Positions 1-10,501 of a stretch of 64,000 nucleotides of DNA are shown here, piece by piece. The notes below the pieces were generated by a model. It was not told the origin of the DNA. It ran no database searches and saw only the letters and a list, made by a program, of their open reading frames with translations. The DNA is from an uncultured Bacillales bacterium (lineage in GTDB: Bacteria > Bacillota_I > Bacilli_A > RFN20 > CAG-826). The DNA is taken from assembly GCA_947302535.1 (NCBI GenBank), contig CAMYVX010000003.1:6593-70592 (forward strand). Direction: 5' to 3'. Each line of letters starts with the position of its first letter. Position 1 is the first letter of the stretch. Position numbers and translations under genes: made by a program.

Positions 1-423
1 CTGCATGAGGATAGATATTGATACTTCTTTTTCTTGATTCGTCAAATAGTCCCTCGGCTTGTAATCTCTTTTTCAGCTTTTCGAGTTCTATAAGGATGCT
101 TCCTTGACCGACTTGATTCATCTCATAACAAAGTAATTGATAAGTACCACGAGGCGGATAAGCATCAATAGATGCTATTAGAATAACTTCGTCTCCGTTT
201 TTAGGAGTAAATATCAACTTACTAGCGTAGTTAGCAAACATCGCTACGGAAATCATGCACTCTTGGTCTTTTAATGAAAAATATAAGTGTCCACTAGGGC
301 CAGGTTTAAAATTTGATATTTCTCCGCGAACATAAATAAAACGCAAGTTCTCATCATTAGCAAGAACTTTCTTTATATAACGGTTAACTTCACTAACCGA
401 ATGAATTATTGGTTCTGGATCAA
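1..423 (-). CDS. xseA: Exodeoxyribonuclease VII large subunit, N-terminal part (gene continues beyond window start)
   Basis: Hand translation of minus strand from ATG at 423: MIDPEPIIHSVSEVNRYIKKVLANDENLRFIYVRGEISNFKPGPSGHLYFSLKDQ..., typical XseA N-terminus. It lies immediately downstream of nusB as in Bacillus. Confidence 0.6.
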
Positions 424-843
424 TCATTTTAAAACTTTATCTAAGATGGCGTTAACAAATTTGCCTTGTTTCTCTTCAACGTAGGTTTTTGTTAATTCCA
501 CTGCGGTATCAATGATGATACGTTTATCTTCTTTTTCTACTAAGTAGAAATGGACATAACTCACAATTAAAATAGCTTGAGTCAACAAAGGAAGGCGTTC
601 CCATTTCCAGTTTCTTAAGTACGGTGTAAATGCTTGGATGATAGATGAATACTTAGTTAAGGATTGATAGACCATATTTTTAATATATGGACTCACTTCT
701 TCATAAGGTCTTTCACATAGTTCGGCGCATAATTCACGAGCATCACGAACAGATTTATCATCACTAATAATAAAATCGGTTATCACATTATAAATAACCG
801 TCATGACTATAAAATTTTCTTGAGAACGACTCATTAATTCCAT
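424..843 (-). CDS. nusB: Transcription antitermination factor NusB
   Basis: 139-aa ORF of NusB size and sequence character, in the conserved asp23-nusB-xseA order. Confidence 0.7.
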   Translation of the reverse strand: MELMSRSQENFIVMTVIYNVITDFIISDDKSVRDARELCAELCERPYEEVSPYIKNMVYQSLTKYSSIIQAFTPYLRNWKWERLPLLTQAILIVSYVHFYLVEKEDKRIIIDTAVELTKTYVEEKQGKFVNAILDKVLK

Positions 844-1178
844 TAAATCAAAGACTCCACACGAACTTGAACATCAAAAGGAACGGTTTCAGTTGCAACA
901 AGTAAAGATTCATTAATACGGTCTTCAATACGACGGGTAACATCATGAATGTCAGCTTCTTTTTTCATATCGACAAAAACAGAAATATGGACGATACCAT
1001 GATGTATCGAGGTCCTTACCCCTCTTTTTAGTCTAAATTTAGCGCTTGCTGGAAGTCTTTTACTACTTCTAGAACATCCATCAATGTTATGAATGACATC
1101 CTCAACAAGGATATCAAAAACATGGCTAGCAATAGCTAATTTTCCTTTTTCTGAATCGATATAAACGTATTTGGCCAT
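843..1178 (-). CDS. Asp23/Gls24-family (alkaline shock protein-like) protein
   Basis: 111-aa ORF, position upstream of nusB equivalent to the yqhY homolog; Asp23-like composition. Confidence 0.6.
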   Translation of the reverse strand: MAKYVYIDSEKGKLAIASHVFDILVEDVIHNIDGCSRSSKRLPASAKFRLKRGVRTSIHHGIVHISVFVDMKKEADIHDVTRRIEDRINESLLVATETVPFDVQVRVESLI

Positions 1179-1290
1179 AAATAATCTCCGTCTTGTAGTA
1201 TATGAATTTCATTTAGAAGTTGCAACTAGATAAGGATATTAATATCCATATCCACTTCTTACCCATTATATATCATTAGTGTTCTAAACA

Positions 1291-1316
1291 AAATAAAAAG
1301 CCGAAATAATCGGCTT
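1291..1316 (-). terminator. Rho-independent terminator downstream of tkt
   Basis: Hairpin agccgaaataatcggct followed on the minus strand by a T-run. Confidence 0.5.
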
Positions 1317-1335
1317 AATATTGTTTTGTTTATGC

Positions 1336-3312
1336 TTATTTCCTAGCTTCTAAACAGATTTTCACTAAACGTTCAGCAGTGAAATCAAAGTGTTTAATGA
1401 CATCCTTAGCAGGAGCACTAGCGCCAAAGTTATCTAGACCCATATGGAATTTAGCAAATCTATCCCAACCGAAGGTTGAAAGCATTTCTACAGAAACACA
1501 TTTTTCTCTTGGTAAGCAAATAACTTCTTTTTGATAAGCTTCATCTTGATCAAGGAAGAGCTCCCAAGATGGCATAGATACCACTCTGACATCAATTCCT
1601 TGAGCAAGTAATATTTTTTGAGCTTCGATAGCTAAACTAACTTCGCTACCAGTTGCGATTAACACTAATTCAGCTTTCTTGTTTTCTTTAGAAATAACAT
1701 AAGCGCCTTTCGCTAATCCTTTATCACTACTACCTTCTAATAAAGGCAAGTTTTGACGAGAAAGAATTAAAGCAGTTGGACGAGAAGTACTCTTTAAAGC
1801 TTCATTCCAAGCTGCGTAAGTTTCTCTTTCATCAGCAGGACGAATGACACACATATTAGGAATACTTCTTAACATAGCTAATTGTTCAATTGGTTGATGT
1901 GTTGGACCATCTTCGCCTACGGCGATACTATCATGTGAGAATAAATAAATCGCAGGTAATTTACTTAAAGCCGCCATACGGATAGCTGCTTTCATATAAT
2001 CAGCAAAGACTAAGAAACAGCCAACGTATGTTCTTAAGCCACCATGTAAAAGCATACCATTTTGTGCTGAAGCCATCGCGAATTCACGAATGCCCCAGTT
2101 CACATTATGTCCATAACGAGTTGCTGGTTCAAAATTGACTCCACCATCAAGTTTAGTCATGACACTACCAGCGACGTCAGCAGAGCCGCCGATTAAGTTA
2201 GGTAGAGATAACATTAAAGCATTCAATGCTTTTCCGCTCGCAACACGGGTTGATGTAGCGCTTCCACTAGCGAAATCCGGAAGAACATTTGGAAGATATT
2301 TAGCGACATCGAGTTTTAAAGTTGCTTCATATCTTTCAAAATAGCCTTTATGTTTTTTAGCGTATTCTTCTAAATCTTTTTCGTATTGAGCGTAGGCTTC
2401 TTCGCCGCGTTTAATGAAAGTCTCCTTGAAGAGAGTTCTAACTTCTTCAGGAACAAAGAAATCTTCATGATCAAAGCCATAAACATCAACTTTAGCGTGT
2501 TTACCATCTTCTAATCCTAAAGGATTGCCATGGACTTTGCTTGTTCCTTGTTTGCTCGAACCATAACCAATAACAGTGTGGACAATAATTAAAGTTGGTT
2601 TATTTCTGCTTTTCTTAGCTTTGCAAATAGCTTTGTCAATGGATTCGATGTCATTACCATCTTCAACTTCTAAAACATCCCATTCACTAGCTAAGAATCT
2701 ATTTTTAACTTGTTCAGAGAAAGATAAATCTAATGCACCATCAAGTGTAACTTGATTAGCATCATATAAAAGAATTAACTTATTTAATTTTTGGTGTCCC
2801 GCTAAAGAGATAGCTTCTTGGGAAATACCTTCTTGTAAACAACCATCGCCACATAAAGCATATGTATAGTGATTGAATAAGGTTCCACCATCTTCATAGT
2901 TAGCTCTTAAACTTTCTTCCGCCATCGCCATACCAACGGCTTGAGCAATACCCTGACCTAAAGGTCCGCTAGTAGCATCAACGCCTTCAGTCCAATGATA
3001 TTCAGGATGTCCTGGGGTCAATGAACCTAATTGTCTAAATACTTTTAAATCATCAAGAGATACTTTGTATCCACATAAATGAAGCAAAGCATAAAGAAGA
3101 GATGAAGCGTGACCAGCAGATAAGACAAAGCGGTCACGATTAGCCCATTCTGGAACTTTTGGATTCGCTACTAAGTGCTTAGAAAATAAGGTATAGAGTA
3201 TAGGAGCGCTTCCTAAGGCCATACCTGGGTGACCAGAATTAGCTTTGTTAATCGCATCAATACATAAAGAACGAATTGTGCTTACCGCTAATGTGTCGAT
3301 TTGTTTGTTCAT
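1336..3312 (-). CDS. tkt: Transketolase
   Basis: 658 aa; N-terminal NSGHPGMALG thiamine-diphosphate motif; full-length transketolase architecture. Confidence 0.9.
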   Translation of the reverse strand: MNKQIDTLAVSTIRSLCIDAINKANSGHPGMALGSAPILYTLFSKHLVANPKVPEWANRDRFVLSAGHASSLLYALLHLCGYKVSLDDLKVFRQLGSLTPGHPEYHWTEGVDATSGPLGQGIAQAVGMAMAEESLRANYEDGGTLFNHYTYALCGDGCLQEGISQEAISLAGHQKLNKLILLYDANQVTLDGALDLSFSEQVKNRFLASEWDVLEVEDGNDIESIDKAICKAKKSRNKPTLIIVHTVIGYGSSKQGTSKVHGNPLGLEDGKHAKVDVYGFDHEDFFVPEEVRTLFKETFIKRGEEAYAQYEKDLEEYAKKHKGYFERYEATLKLDVAKYLPNVLPDFASGSATSTRVASGKALNALMLSLPNLIGGSADVAGSVMTKLDGGVNFEPATRYGHNVNWGIREFAMASAQNGMLLHGGLRTYVGCFLVFADYMKAAIRMAALSKLPAIYLFSHDSIAVGEDGPTHQPIEQLAMLRSIPNMCVIRPADERETYAAWNEALKSTSRPTALILSRQNLPLLEGSSDKGLAKGAYVISKENKKAELVLIATGSEVSLAIEAQKILLAQGIDVRVVSMPSWELFLDQDEAYQKEVICLPREKCVSVEMLSTFGWDRFAKFHMGLDNFGASAPAKDVIKHFDFTAERLVKICLEARK

Positions 3313-3378
3313 TTACTTTCTCCTTTTTAGTACATTGTTAGTACTTATTTAGTATTTATTATAAACTTTGTTTATAAA

Positions 3379-5106
3379 CTATTCTTTTACGACTTGAATA
3401 CCCAAGTCAATTAATTGTTGTTCATCCACGACTGCAGGTGCTCCTGACATTGGGCAGACAGCAGATAGATTCTTCGGGAAGGCAATAACATCACGAATGT
3501 TATCAGTGCCACCTAAAATCATGGTTAAACGGTCTAAACCAAAGGCCATACCAGCGTGTGGTGGAGTTCCATATTGGAAAGCATCCACAAAGAAGCCAAA
3601 TTTTCTTTTAATATCTTCTTCGGATAATCCTAAGATTTCGAAAATCTTCTTTTGGATATCTTGGTCGTAAATTCTTAAAGATCCACCACCAGCTTCGTAA
3701 CCATTAATAACAATGTCATAAGCATAGCTTAAAATCTTTGTGGGATCAGAATCTAGATATTTTAAATCTTCGTCTCTAGGACGTGTGAATGGGTGATGGG
3801 TAGATGTAATTGCATTAGATTCGATATCTCTTTCAAATAACGGGAAATCAATGACCCATAATAAATCGAAGGTATTAGGTTTAATTAAATCTAATTGACG
3901 GGCATATTGATTTCTTAAAGCTCCTAATAAAGGAGAGACTCTATTATATGGACCGGCGGCAATAATAATAATGTCATCGTTATGAGAATCAAACTCTTTG
4001 ATTAAAGCCGCTTTTTCCTCTTCTAGAAGGAATTTGGTGAAGGATCCGGTTAATTCCTCGTTCTCATTCTTAAGAATGCTTAAACCGCCTAAACCGAATT
4101 TTTTCGCTTCTAAAGTTAAATTATCTATAACTTTACGGCTAGTAATAGAGGCCACGTTATTAACGCAAATACCTTTAATAGCCTCAGCTTTTTGATAAGC
4201 TTCGAAAGTAGTATTTTTAAATACTTCTTTTAAATCATGTAATTCAAAACCAAAACGAGTATCTGGTTTATCGCTACCATATCTATCCATAGCTTGTTTA
4301 TATGGAAGTCTTCTTAAAGGAAGCTTTACTTCGTAATTAATTGTGTCTTTAAAGATTTTTGCAATTAATCCTTCCATCATAGTTAAGAATTGATCTTGAT
4401 CAAGGAAGCTAGTTTCGATATCAATTTGGGTAAAGTCAGGTTGACGGTCCGCTCTTAAATCTTCATCGCGGAAACAACGAGCAATTTGATAATATCTTTC
4501 TAGGCCACCAATCATTAATAATTGCTTAAAGATTTGTGGGCTTTGTGGAAGCGCGTAGAAAGAACCATGATGGATACGAGAAGGAACTAAATAATCCCTA
4601 GCGCCTTCTGGAGTTGACAAAGTCAAAATAGGTGTTTCCACTTCGATGAAACGTAAATTATCAAGATAATTGTGAACACTCATCTTAATGCGATGACGAA
4701 CATCGAGATAATTTTGCATCACTGGTCTTCTTAAATCAAGATAACGGTATTTAAGTCTAGTGTCTTCTAAAGCATCAGTTTCATCAGCGATGATTAATGG
4801 AGTAGTTTTCGCAGTATTAATCACTTCTATATTGTCCGCCACTACTTCAATTTCGCCAGTCTTAAGAGCCTTATTAGGAACATCTTTTTTCTTCACGGTA
4901 CCAGTAACATGGATAACGTATTCATTACGAATATCAGGGCAGTTAATAGAATCATTCACCAGCACCTGGACGATTCCAGAACGGTCTCTTAAATCAATGA
5001 ACATTAAGCTACCAAGATTTCTTTTTTTGCTAACCCAGCCAATGAGACTGACTTTTTGTTCAACGTTTTTAATTGATAAATCAGTGTTAAAACATGTACG
5101 ATTCAT
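3379..5106 (-). CDS. aspS: Aspartate--tRNA ligase
   Basis: 575 aa class II aaRS with N-terminal anticodon-binding OB fold; 11 bp downstream of hisS, the conserved hisS-aspS operon. Confidence 0.9.
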   Translation of the reverse strand: MNRTCFNTDLSIKNVEQKVSLIGWVSKKRNLGSLMFIDLRDRSGIVQVLVNDSINCPDIRNEYVIHVTGTVKKKDVPNKALKTGEIEVVADNIEVINTAKTTPLIIADETDALEDTRLKYRYLDLRRPVMQNYLDVRHRIKMSVHNYLDNLRFIEVETPILTLSTPEGARDYLVPSRIHHGSFYALPQSPQIFKQLLMIGGLERYYQIARCFRDEDLRADRQPDFTQIDIETSFLDQDQFLTMMEGLIAKIFKDTINYEVKLPLRRLPYKQAMDRYGSDKPDTRFGFELHDLKEVFKNTTFEAYQKAEAIKGICVNNVASITSRKVIDNLTLEAKKFGLGGLSILKNENEELTGSFTKFLLEEEKAALIKEFDSHNDDIIIIAAGPYNRVSPLLGALRNQYARQLDLIKPNTFDLLWVIDFPLFERDIESNAITSTHHPFTRPRDEDLKYLDSDPTKILSYAYDIVINGYEAGGGSLRIYDQDIQKKIFEILGLSEEDIKRKFGFFVDAFQYGTPPHAGMAFGLDRLTMILGGTDNIRDVIAFPKNLSAVCPMSGAPAVVDEQQLIDLGIQVVKE

Positions 5107-5117
5107 TTTTATTTCCT

Positions 5118-6404
5118 CTATTCTTCTTCGTTATTTAAAAATAATGTATCAACTTTTTCGATTAATTCATCGAAAGGAATTGTTAGTTGTTCTTTACTAG
5201 ATAAATTCTTTAAGACAACTTCCCTTTTATTCATTTCTTCTTCGCCGATGATCAAAGCAAATTTGGCTCTTTTCTTTTCTGCGCGCTTGAACATATTGGC
5301 GAGCTTAACGTCGTCCATACACATATCCACGCTGTAACCGCTAACGCGTAAAAGCAAAGCAGCTTTAGTTGCGTAACTTCTTGTTTCTTCACCTAAAGTC
5401 ATAACATAGAAATCAATCTCATCGTCTTCTAAAGAAGCTAAGCCGTCATCCTTTAAAACGGCGACAAGGCGTTCCACTCCAAAGGAGAATCCTACTCCAG
5501 GAAGATCTGGTCCACCTAATTCTTTAACGAGTTTATCATAGTGGCCACCCGCTCCAATCGCGCCATAATTCTTTCCGGCTTTGGAGGTGTAATGGAATTC
5601 AAAGACTGTATCGCTATAATAATCCAAACCTCTAACGAGAGTATCATCAATTTCATATTTGATGCCAAGTTCCTCTAAGGCAGATAAGACTTTGTTAAAT
5701 CTATCTCTACTCTTCTCGTTAATATATTTAGACATCTTAGGAGCGTCTTTTACAATCTCTTGATCGCCAGGAACCTTACAGTCTAAAATCCTTAAAGGAT
5801 TTAATACCAATCTTTCTTTACAATCAGAACACATATTACCAATATGCTTAGCAAAGAAAGCTTTTAAAGCTTCACGATAATTATTACGAGATTCTTCGTC
5901 TCCTAAAGTGTTAATTTTAATTGTTACATCTTCTAACCCTAGAGATTGAAGAATAACATACGCCATGGTGATAACTTCAACATCATTATATGGAGAATCA
6001 TGTCCCACACTTTCAACACCAAATTGATTGAATTGACGGTATCGACCAAGTTGTGGTCTTTCATAACGGAAGACAGGACCAACATAATATGATTTAACGG
6101 GTAATTCGTTTGTTAATAAAAGTTTATTTTGCACTAATAAACGCATAATACCTGCGGTAAATTCTGGACGTAAGGTGTTAGAACGACCACCATTATCAAG
6201 GAATGTGTACATTTCTTTTCTAACAATGTCGCTACTTTCACCAACTCCACGAACAAATAAATCACTATATTCTAAAACTGGAACTCTCACCTCTTTAAAA
6301 GCAAAAGTCTCTGCGATAGAAGCGGCTAATGATTCGACTTTTTGATATATTTTTGATTCATCATGAAGTACATCATGAGTACCTTTAACATTTTGAATAG
6401 CCAT
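5118..6404 (-). CDS. hisS: Histidine--tRNA ligase
   Basis: 428 aa class II aaRS; begins only 14 bp after rel, so probably co-transcribed. Confidence 0.9.
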   Translation of the reverse strand: MAIQNVKGTHDVLHDESKIYQKVESLAASIAETFAFKEVRVPVLEYSDLFVRGVGESSDIVRKEMYTFLDNGGRSNTLRPEFTAGIMRLLVQNKLLLTNELPVKSYYVGPVFRYERPQLGRYRQFNQFGVESVGHDSPYNDVEVITMAYVILQSLGLEDVTIKINTLGDEESRNNYREALKAFFAKHIGNMCSDCKERLVLNPLRILDCKVPGDQEIVKDAPKMSKYINEKSRDRFNKVLSALEELGIKYEIDDTLVRGLDYYSDTVFEFHYTSKAGKNYGAIGAGGHYDKLVKELGGPDLPGVGFSFGVERLVAVLKDDGLASLEDDEIDFYVMTLGEETRSYATKAALLLRVSGYSVDMCMDDVKLANMFKRAEKKRAKFALIIGEEEMNKREVVLKNLSSKEQLTIPFDELIEKVDTLFLNNEEE

Positions 6405-6418
6405 ATAATAATTCCTTT

Positions 6419-8635
6419 CTAATGGATTGTTCTTGTGACGTTATAGACACCAGTAATTCCTAGCAATGAATTACAAATATCTGTTAATCGTTTAGAGTCA
6501 CTCACTAATAATGTGATATTAAATGTGGAGGTAAGATTGCTTGGGTTAGCGCGAGCGTGAATAGAAGCTACAGTCACATGATTAGTGGACAACTTATTCA
6601 TAATATCAACGAGTAAATTGTTTCTATCACTAGCCTCCACAACGATGTCAACAGGATAAGTTGCAAATTCTAAATCATCTCTCCAATAAATATCGATTAA
6701 TCTTTGTTTTTCTTTAGCAATATTAGGGCAAGTCCTACGATGGACTGTTATGCCTTTACCTTTGGTAATATAGCCAACAATATCATCTCCAGGGATTGGA
6801 GTACAGCAATTAGCTAAACTAATAGCAATCTTACCTGCTCCCTTCGCATACACTGGACAAGTGTCTCCAGATTTGCTCTTTGCTCTTCCTTCAAAAGCAT
6901 GGAAGGTGAATTCTTTTTTAAGATGTAAATATTCAATGATAGATGCTGGAGTGGGTTTACGTCCTGAAACTCCGACGAATAAATCATCAACACTATTGCA
7001 TTCAAAGTAATCAAGAAGTTTATTATCATTAAGATAATTCATCATTTCTTCTTCATTGACTCCACGATCTTTGAAGGCATCTAAACAAGACTGCTTACCT
7101 TTAATGATTTTCTCGTCTCTTACTAATTCAGAATTCTTCCTAAGAATATATTTCTTAATACATGATTTAGCTTGACTGGTTTTAACAAATTCTAGCCATC
7201 CTTCGGAAGGTCCAGGAGAAGATTTGCTGGTCTTAATTTCCACCATATCTCCAGTCTTTAAAACTGTATTAAGTGGGACCATTTGCCCATTGACCAGTGC
7301 TCCCACGGTTGAATCACCCACCTTCGTATGAATACGATAAGCAAAATCAACAGGAGTTGAGCCTTGAGCTAATTCAATGACTTTACCCTTTGGTGTAAAG
7401 ACATAAACATTCGCATCAAAAATATCATGGGTCAAGTTCGCCATAAATTCGGAGGCGGATTCATTTTGATTATCTTGTGAGATGGAAACAAAGTCTCTGA
7501 ACCAGTGTAACTTATTTTCAATTTCCATCTGTTCTTGTTTGCTGTTATATCCAGTTCCTTCTTTATAAGCCCAGTGAGCCGCTACACCACCTTCGGCGAT
7601 TTCATCCATCTCTTTGGTTCTAATTTGAACTTCATAGAAGTTGCCATCACCAGAAATAATTGTGGTGTGTAAGGATTGATACATATTGGGTTTAGGCATA
7701 GCAATATAATCCTTAAATCTTCCAGGAAGAGGCTTATACACTTTATGAATTAAACCTAATATTTCATAGCAACGTATTTCTGTATCAGTAATGATTCTTA
7801 AGGCCAAGATATCATAGATATCATTAAATGAATGGCCTTTAAGGTACATTTTCGAATATATAGAATAGATGGACTTCACTCGAGAAGAGATTTCAAAAGG
7901 AATGTTCTTCTCAAAAAGAAGGTCCGCAATTTTCTTTTTTAAACCATCAAGAGATTTACTCAAAGTCTTTTCTTTCTTTGAAAGAAGCTTTACAACTTCA
8001 TTATATTTTTCTGGCTCTAAATAGCTAAGACAAATATTTTGCATCTCGTTTTTAATAGAATCTAAACCCAATCGATGAGCAATAGGAACAAAGACTTCCA
8101 TCGTTTCTTTGCATAAAGCAATTTGTCTTTCTGGTTTTAAAGAGGCTAGTGTTCTTAAATTATGTAAACGATCCGCGAGTTTAATCAAAATGACACGGAT
8201 GTCCTTCGCCATACCGATAAAGATTTTACGATGGTCTTGCGCTTCAAAATCTTCACTTTCAATTTTCGAAAGCTTTAATCTTTGGATTTTTGTTAATGAA
8301 TCCACTAAAAGGGCTACTTCTTTCCCCCACATCTTTTCGATCGTAGCGATAGAAGTATCAGTATCTTCCACTACATCATGAAGAAAAGCGGCAGCAATAG
8401 TTGCTGGTCCACACTTTAAAGAAGCACAAATATAAGCAACTTCAATCAAGTGATGATAGTAAGGTTCACCACTTTTTCTTAATTGTCCTTTATGTTTTTC
8501 GATGATGAAATCGTAAGCACGACGAATCATCTCTTTATCTTCTTTTTTAGTAATATAAGTTGAAAAAAGCTCCTCTACATCTTCATAAGTATGTAAAGGA
8601 TAGCCGCCATTAATTAAAACCTTTTTCTCTTGCAT
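6419..8635 (-). CDS. relA: Bifunctional (p)ppGpp synthetase/hydrolase (RelA/SpoT homolog)
   Basis: 738 aa; HD hydrolase motif (FLHDVVEDT), synthetase domain, TGS/ACT C-terminus. Confidence 0.9.
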   Translation of the reverse strand: MQEKKVLINGGYPLHTYEDVEELFSTYITKKEDKEMIRRAYDFIIEKHKGQLRKSGEPYYHHLIEVAYICASLKCGPATIAAAFLHDVVEDTDTSIATIEKMWGKEVALLVDSLTKIQRLKLSKIESEDFEAQDHRKIFIGMAKDIRVILIKLADRLHNLRTLASLKPERQIALCKETMEVFVPIAHRLGLDSIKNEMQNICLSYLEPEKYNEVVKLLSKKEKTLSKSLDGLKKKIADLLFEKNIPFEISSRVKSIYSIYSKMYLKGHSFNDIYDILALRIITDTEIRCYEILGLIHKVYKPLPGRFKDYIAMPKPNMYQSLHTTIISGDGNFYEVQIRTKEMDEIAEGGVAAHWAYKEGTGYNSKQEQMEIENKLHWFRDFVSISQDNQNESASEFMANLTHDIFDANVYVFTPKGKVIELAQGSTPVDFAYRIHTKVGDSTVGALVNGQMVPLNTVLKTGDMVEIKTSKSSPGPSEGWLEFVKTSQAKSCIKKYILRKNSELVRDEKIIKGKQSCLDAFKDRGVNEEEMMNYLNDNKLLDYFECNSVDDLFVGVSGRKPTPASIIEYLHLKKEFTFHAFEGRAKSKSGDTCPVYAKGAGKIAISLANCCTPIPGDDIVGYITKGKGITVHRRTCPNIAKEKQRLIDIYWRDDLEFATYPVDIVVEASDRNNLLVDIMNKLSTNHVTVASIHARANPSNLTSTFNITLLVSDSKRLTDICNSLLGITGVYNVTRTIH

Positions 8636-8719
8636 ATTTATATCTTAAATGTTTTTCTTTTTTTAATAAAGAAAATAATAGAATTAAGTGCAAAATGAAA
8701 TAGATATTACAAAGTATCT

Positions 8720-10501
8720 CTATTTCGCTTCATCGAATTGAAGGCGATATAACTTGTAATAATAACCCCTTTGTTTTAATAAGGTTTGATGAGTTCCTCT
8801 TTCCACTATTTCGCCCTTATTCAAGACGATGATTTGGTCGGCATTTTGTATGGTGGAAAGTCGATGGGCTACGACGAGCATCGTGCCAATGTTTTTGATT
8901 TTATCTAAGGAATCTTGAATCAAGACTTCTGTCTCGGTATCAATATTAGCGGTCGCTTCGTCAAGAATGAGGATTTGCGGTTTTACTAAAACAGTACGAG
9001 CAAAAGATAACAGTTGTCTTTGTCCTTGAGAATAGTTTTCTCCTCTTTCTTTTACTTCTTCGTCTAGTCCTTTTTTGCTTCTATTGATGAACGAATCAGC
9101 ATTCACGTATTTACAAACTTCCATAATCTCTTCGTCGCTATAGGATTCATCATGAAGAGTAATATTGCTTCTAATGGTGCCAGTAAATAAGAAAACATCT
9201 TGTAGCATTTGCCCAATCGCTCTTCTCAAAGAGTTGGTTTTTATATGTCTAATATCGATTTCATCGATAAGAATTTGTCCTTTTTGAATCTCGAAGTTTC
9301 GAACAATAAGACTAAGGATAGTTGTTTTACCAGCTCCTGTAGCTCCTAGAAAGGCAACGGTTTGTCTTGGTTCCACAACGAAAGAAACATCTTTTAAAAT
9401 CCATTCATTTTCTTTATAAGCAAACCACACATTTTTAAATTCAATCTTTCCTTCAAAGTGGTCAATATCAATCGCATCAGCTTCATCAATGAGTTCTGGT
9501 TCAATATCTAATAGATTGAATAGCTTCTCGCTAGCGGTCATAGCTCTTTGGATGTGACTAAGTTGATCAGCAATATTTTGAATAGGATTAAAGAAGCGTG
9601 ATAAATATAAATAGAAAGCCACTATTTCTCCAGGTCCTAGATTAAACCTCATACCATTTAAGAAGGTTAAGGCAATCGCGGAATAATAAATAAATGTGAT
9701 GCTTGGACGGTAAATCGCAAAAGCGATGACGACTTTATATTTAGTCTTTCTAATTAAATCGTTCTTCTCGTCGAATTCTTGTAATTTTCTCTTTTCTTGA
9801 TTGAAGATTTGCGTGATTTTCATACCAGAAAGATTCTCATTAAGGAAGGTATTTAGATCAGAAATATAAGTTCTTTCTTTACGGAACTGCTTCACAATTA
9901 TCTTCCTGAAGATATAAGAGATAACGAAGACCAAGGCTACTAAACCAGTGAGAATGAGGGTTAATTTCCATGATTTAAACATCATGATGGTAAAAGCACC
10001 AATGACTGTGGCAACATTCTTAATAAGATTTACTAATACGTTGGTAAATAAGTCTGACATTGAGGATGTATAATTAGCGACTCTAGTAACCAAAGAACCA
10101 ACAGGCATCTCGTTTAATTGATTCATTGATAAGCTCTCAATATGCTGAAATACTTGATAACGCATATTAAAGACAATTCTTTCCCCGCTTCTTAAAAGAA
10201 GACGGGTTTCAAAATAGCGACAAGCTTGGCTAATAATAGAAATGCCTAAATAACCGCCGGCAATACCAAATATCATCCACACTGTTGTGGCACTACCAGC
10301 ACTTACTTCATCTAGATAATCGATTTCGCTTTGTATTAATTGTGGGAATATCAATTCAATCGCGACATTAACAATCATTAAAAGCAAGGCAATGAAAAGA
10401 TAGAGCTTCTCCTTTCTAAAATAGGAGAAAGTTCTTCTAAATAATGTCATAGGAGGTATCTTACGATCGCTTAAAAGGGTTTGATTATCATCAGTGCTCA
10501 T
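8720..10501 (-). CDS. ABC transporter ATP-binding/permease protein (heterodimeric exporter subunit)
   Basis: 593 aa; six-TM domain plus NBD with Walker A GATGAGKTT and signature LSQGQRQ; no N-terminal C39 peptidase domain. Confidence 0.85.
   Translation of the reverse strand: MSTDDNQTLLSDRKIPPMTLFRRTFSYFRKEKLYLFIALLLMIVNVAIELIFPQLIQSEIDYLDEVSAGSATTVWMIFGIAGGYLGISIISQACRYFETRLLLRSGERIVFNMRYQVFQHIESLSMNQLNEMPVGSLVTRVANYTSSMSDLFTNVLVNLIKNVATVIGAFTIMMFKSWKLTLILTGLVALVFVISYIFRKIIVKQFRKERTYISDLNTFLNENLSGMKITQIFNQEKRKLQEFDEKNDLIRKTKYKVVIAFAIYRPSITFIYYSAIALTFLNGMRFNLGPGEIVAFYLYLSRFFNPIQNIADQLSHIQRAMTASEKLFNLLDIEPELIDEADAIDIDHFEGKIEFKNVWFAYKENEWILKDVSFVVEPRQTVAFLGATGAGKTTILSLIVRNFEIQKGQILIDEIDIRHIKTNSLRRAIGQMLQDVFLFTGTIRSNITLHDESYSDEEIMEVCKYVNADSFINRSKKGLDEEVKERGENYSQGQRQLLSFARTVLVKPQILILDEATANIDTETEVLIQDSLDKIKNIGTMLVVAHRLSTIQNADQIIVLNKGEIVERGTHQTLLKQRGYYYKLYRLQFDEAK

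Noticed and set aside
2135-2344. Short ORFs lying antisense inside or out of frame within long well-supported genes (2135..2344, 3998..4195, 4760..5200, 6814..7029, 8109..8381, 12089..12286, 14216..14419, 14772..15023, 16411..16668, 17301..17486, 23846..24118, 24204..24431, 24968..25240, 26125..26319, 28043..28321, 38294..38665, 42603..43211, 43862..44107, 45112..45306, 47157..47566, 50017..50199, 50975..51447, 55387..55662, 56046..56318, 61002..61707)
   Set aside because: All are fully embedded in conserved genes on the opposite strand or in another frame, have low-complexity or random composition and no RBS. They are treated as shadow ORFs.
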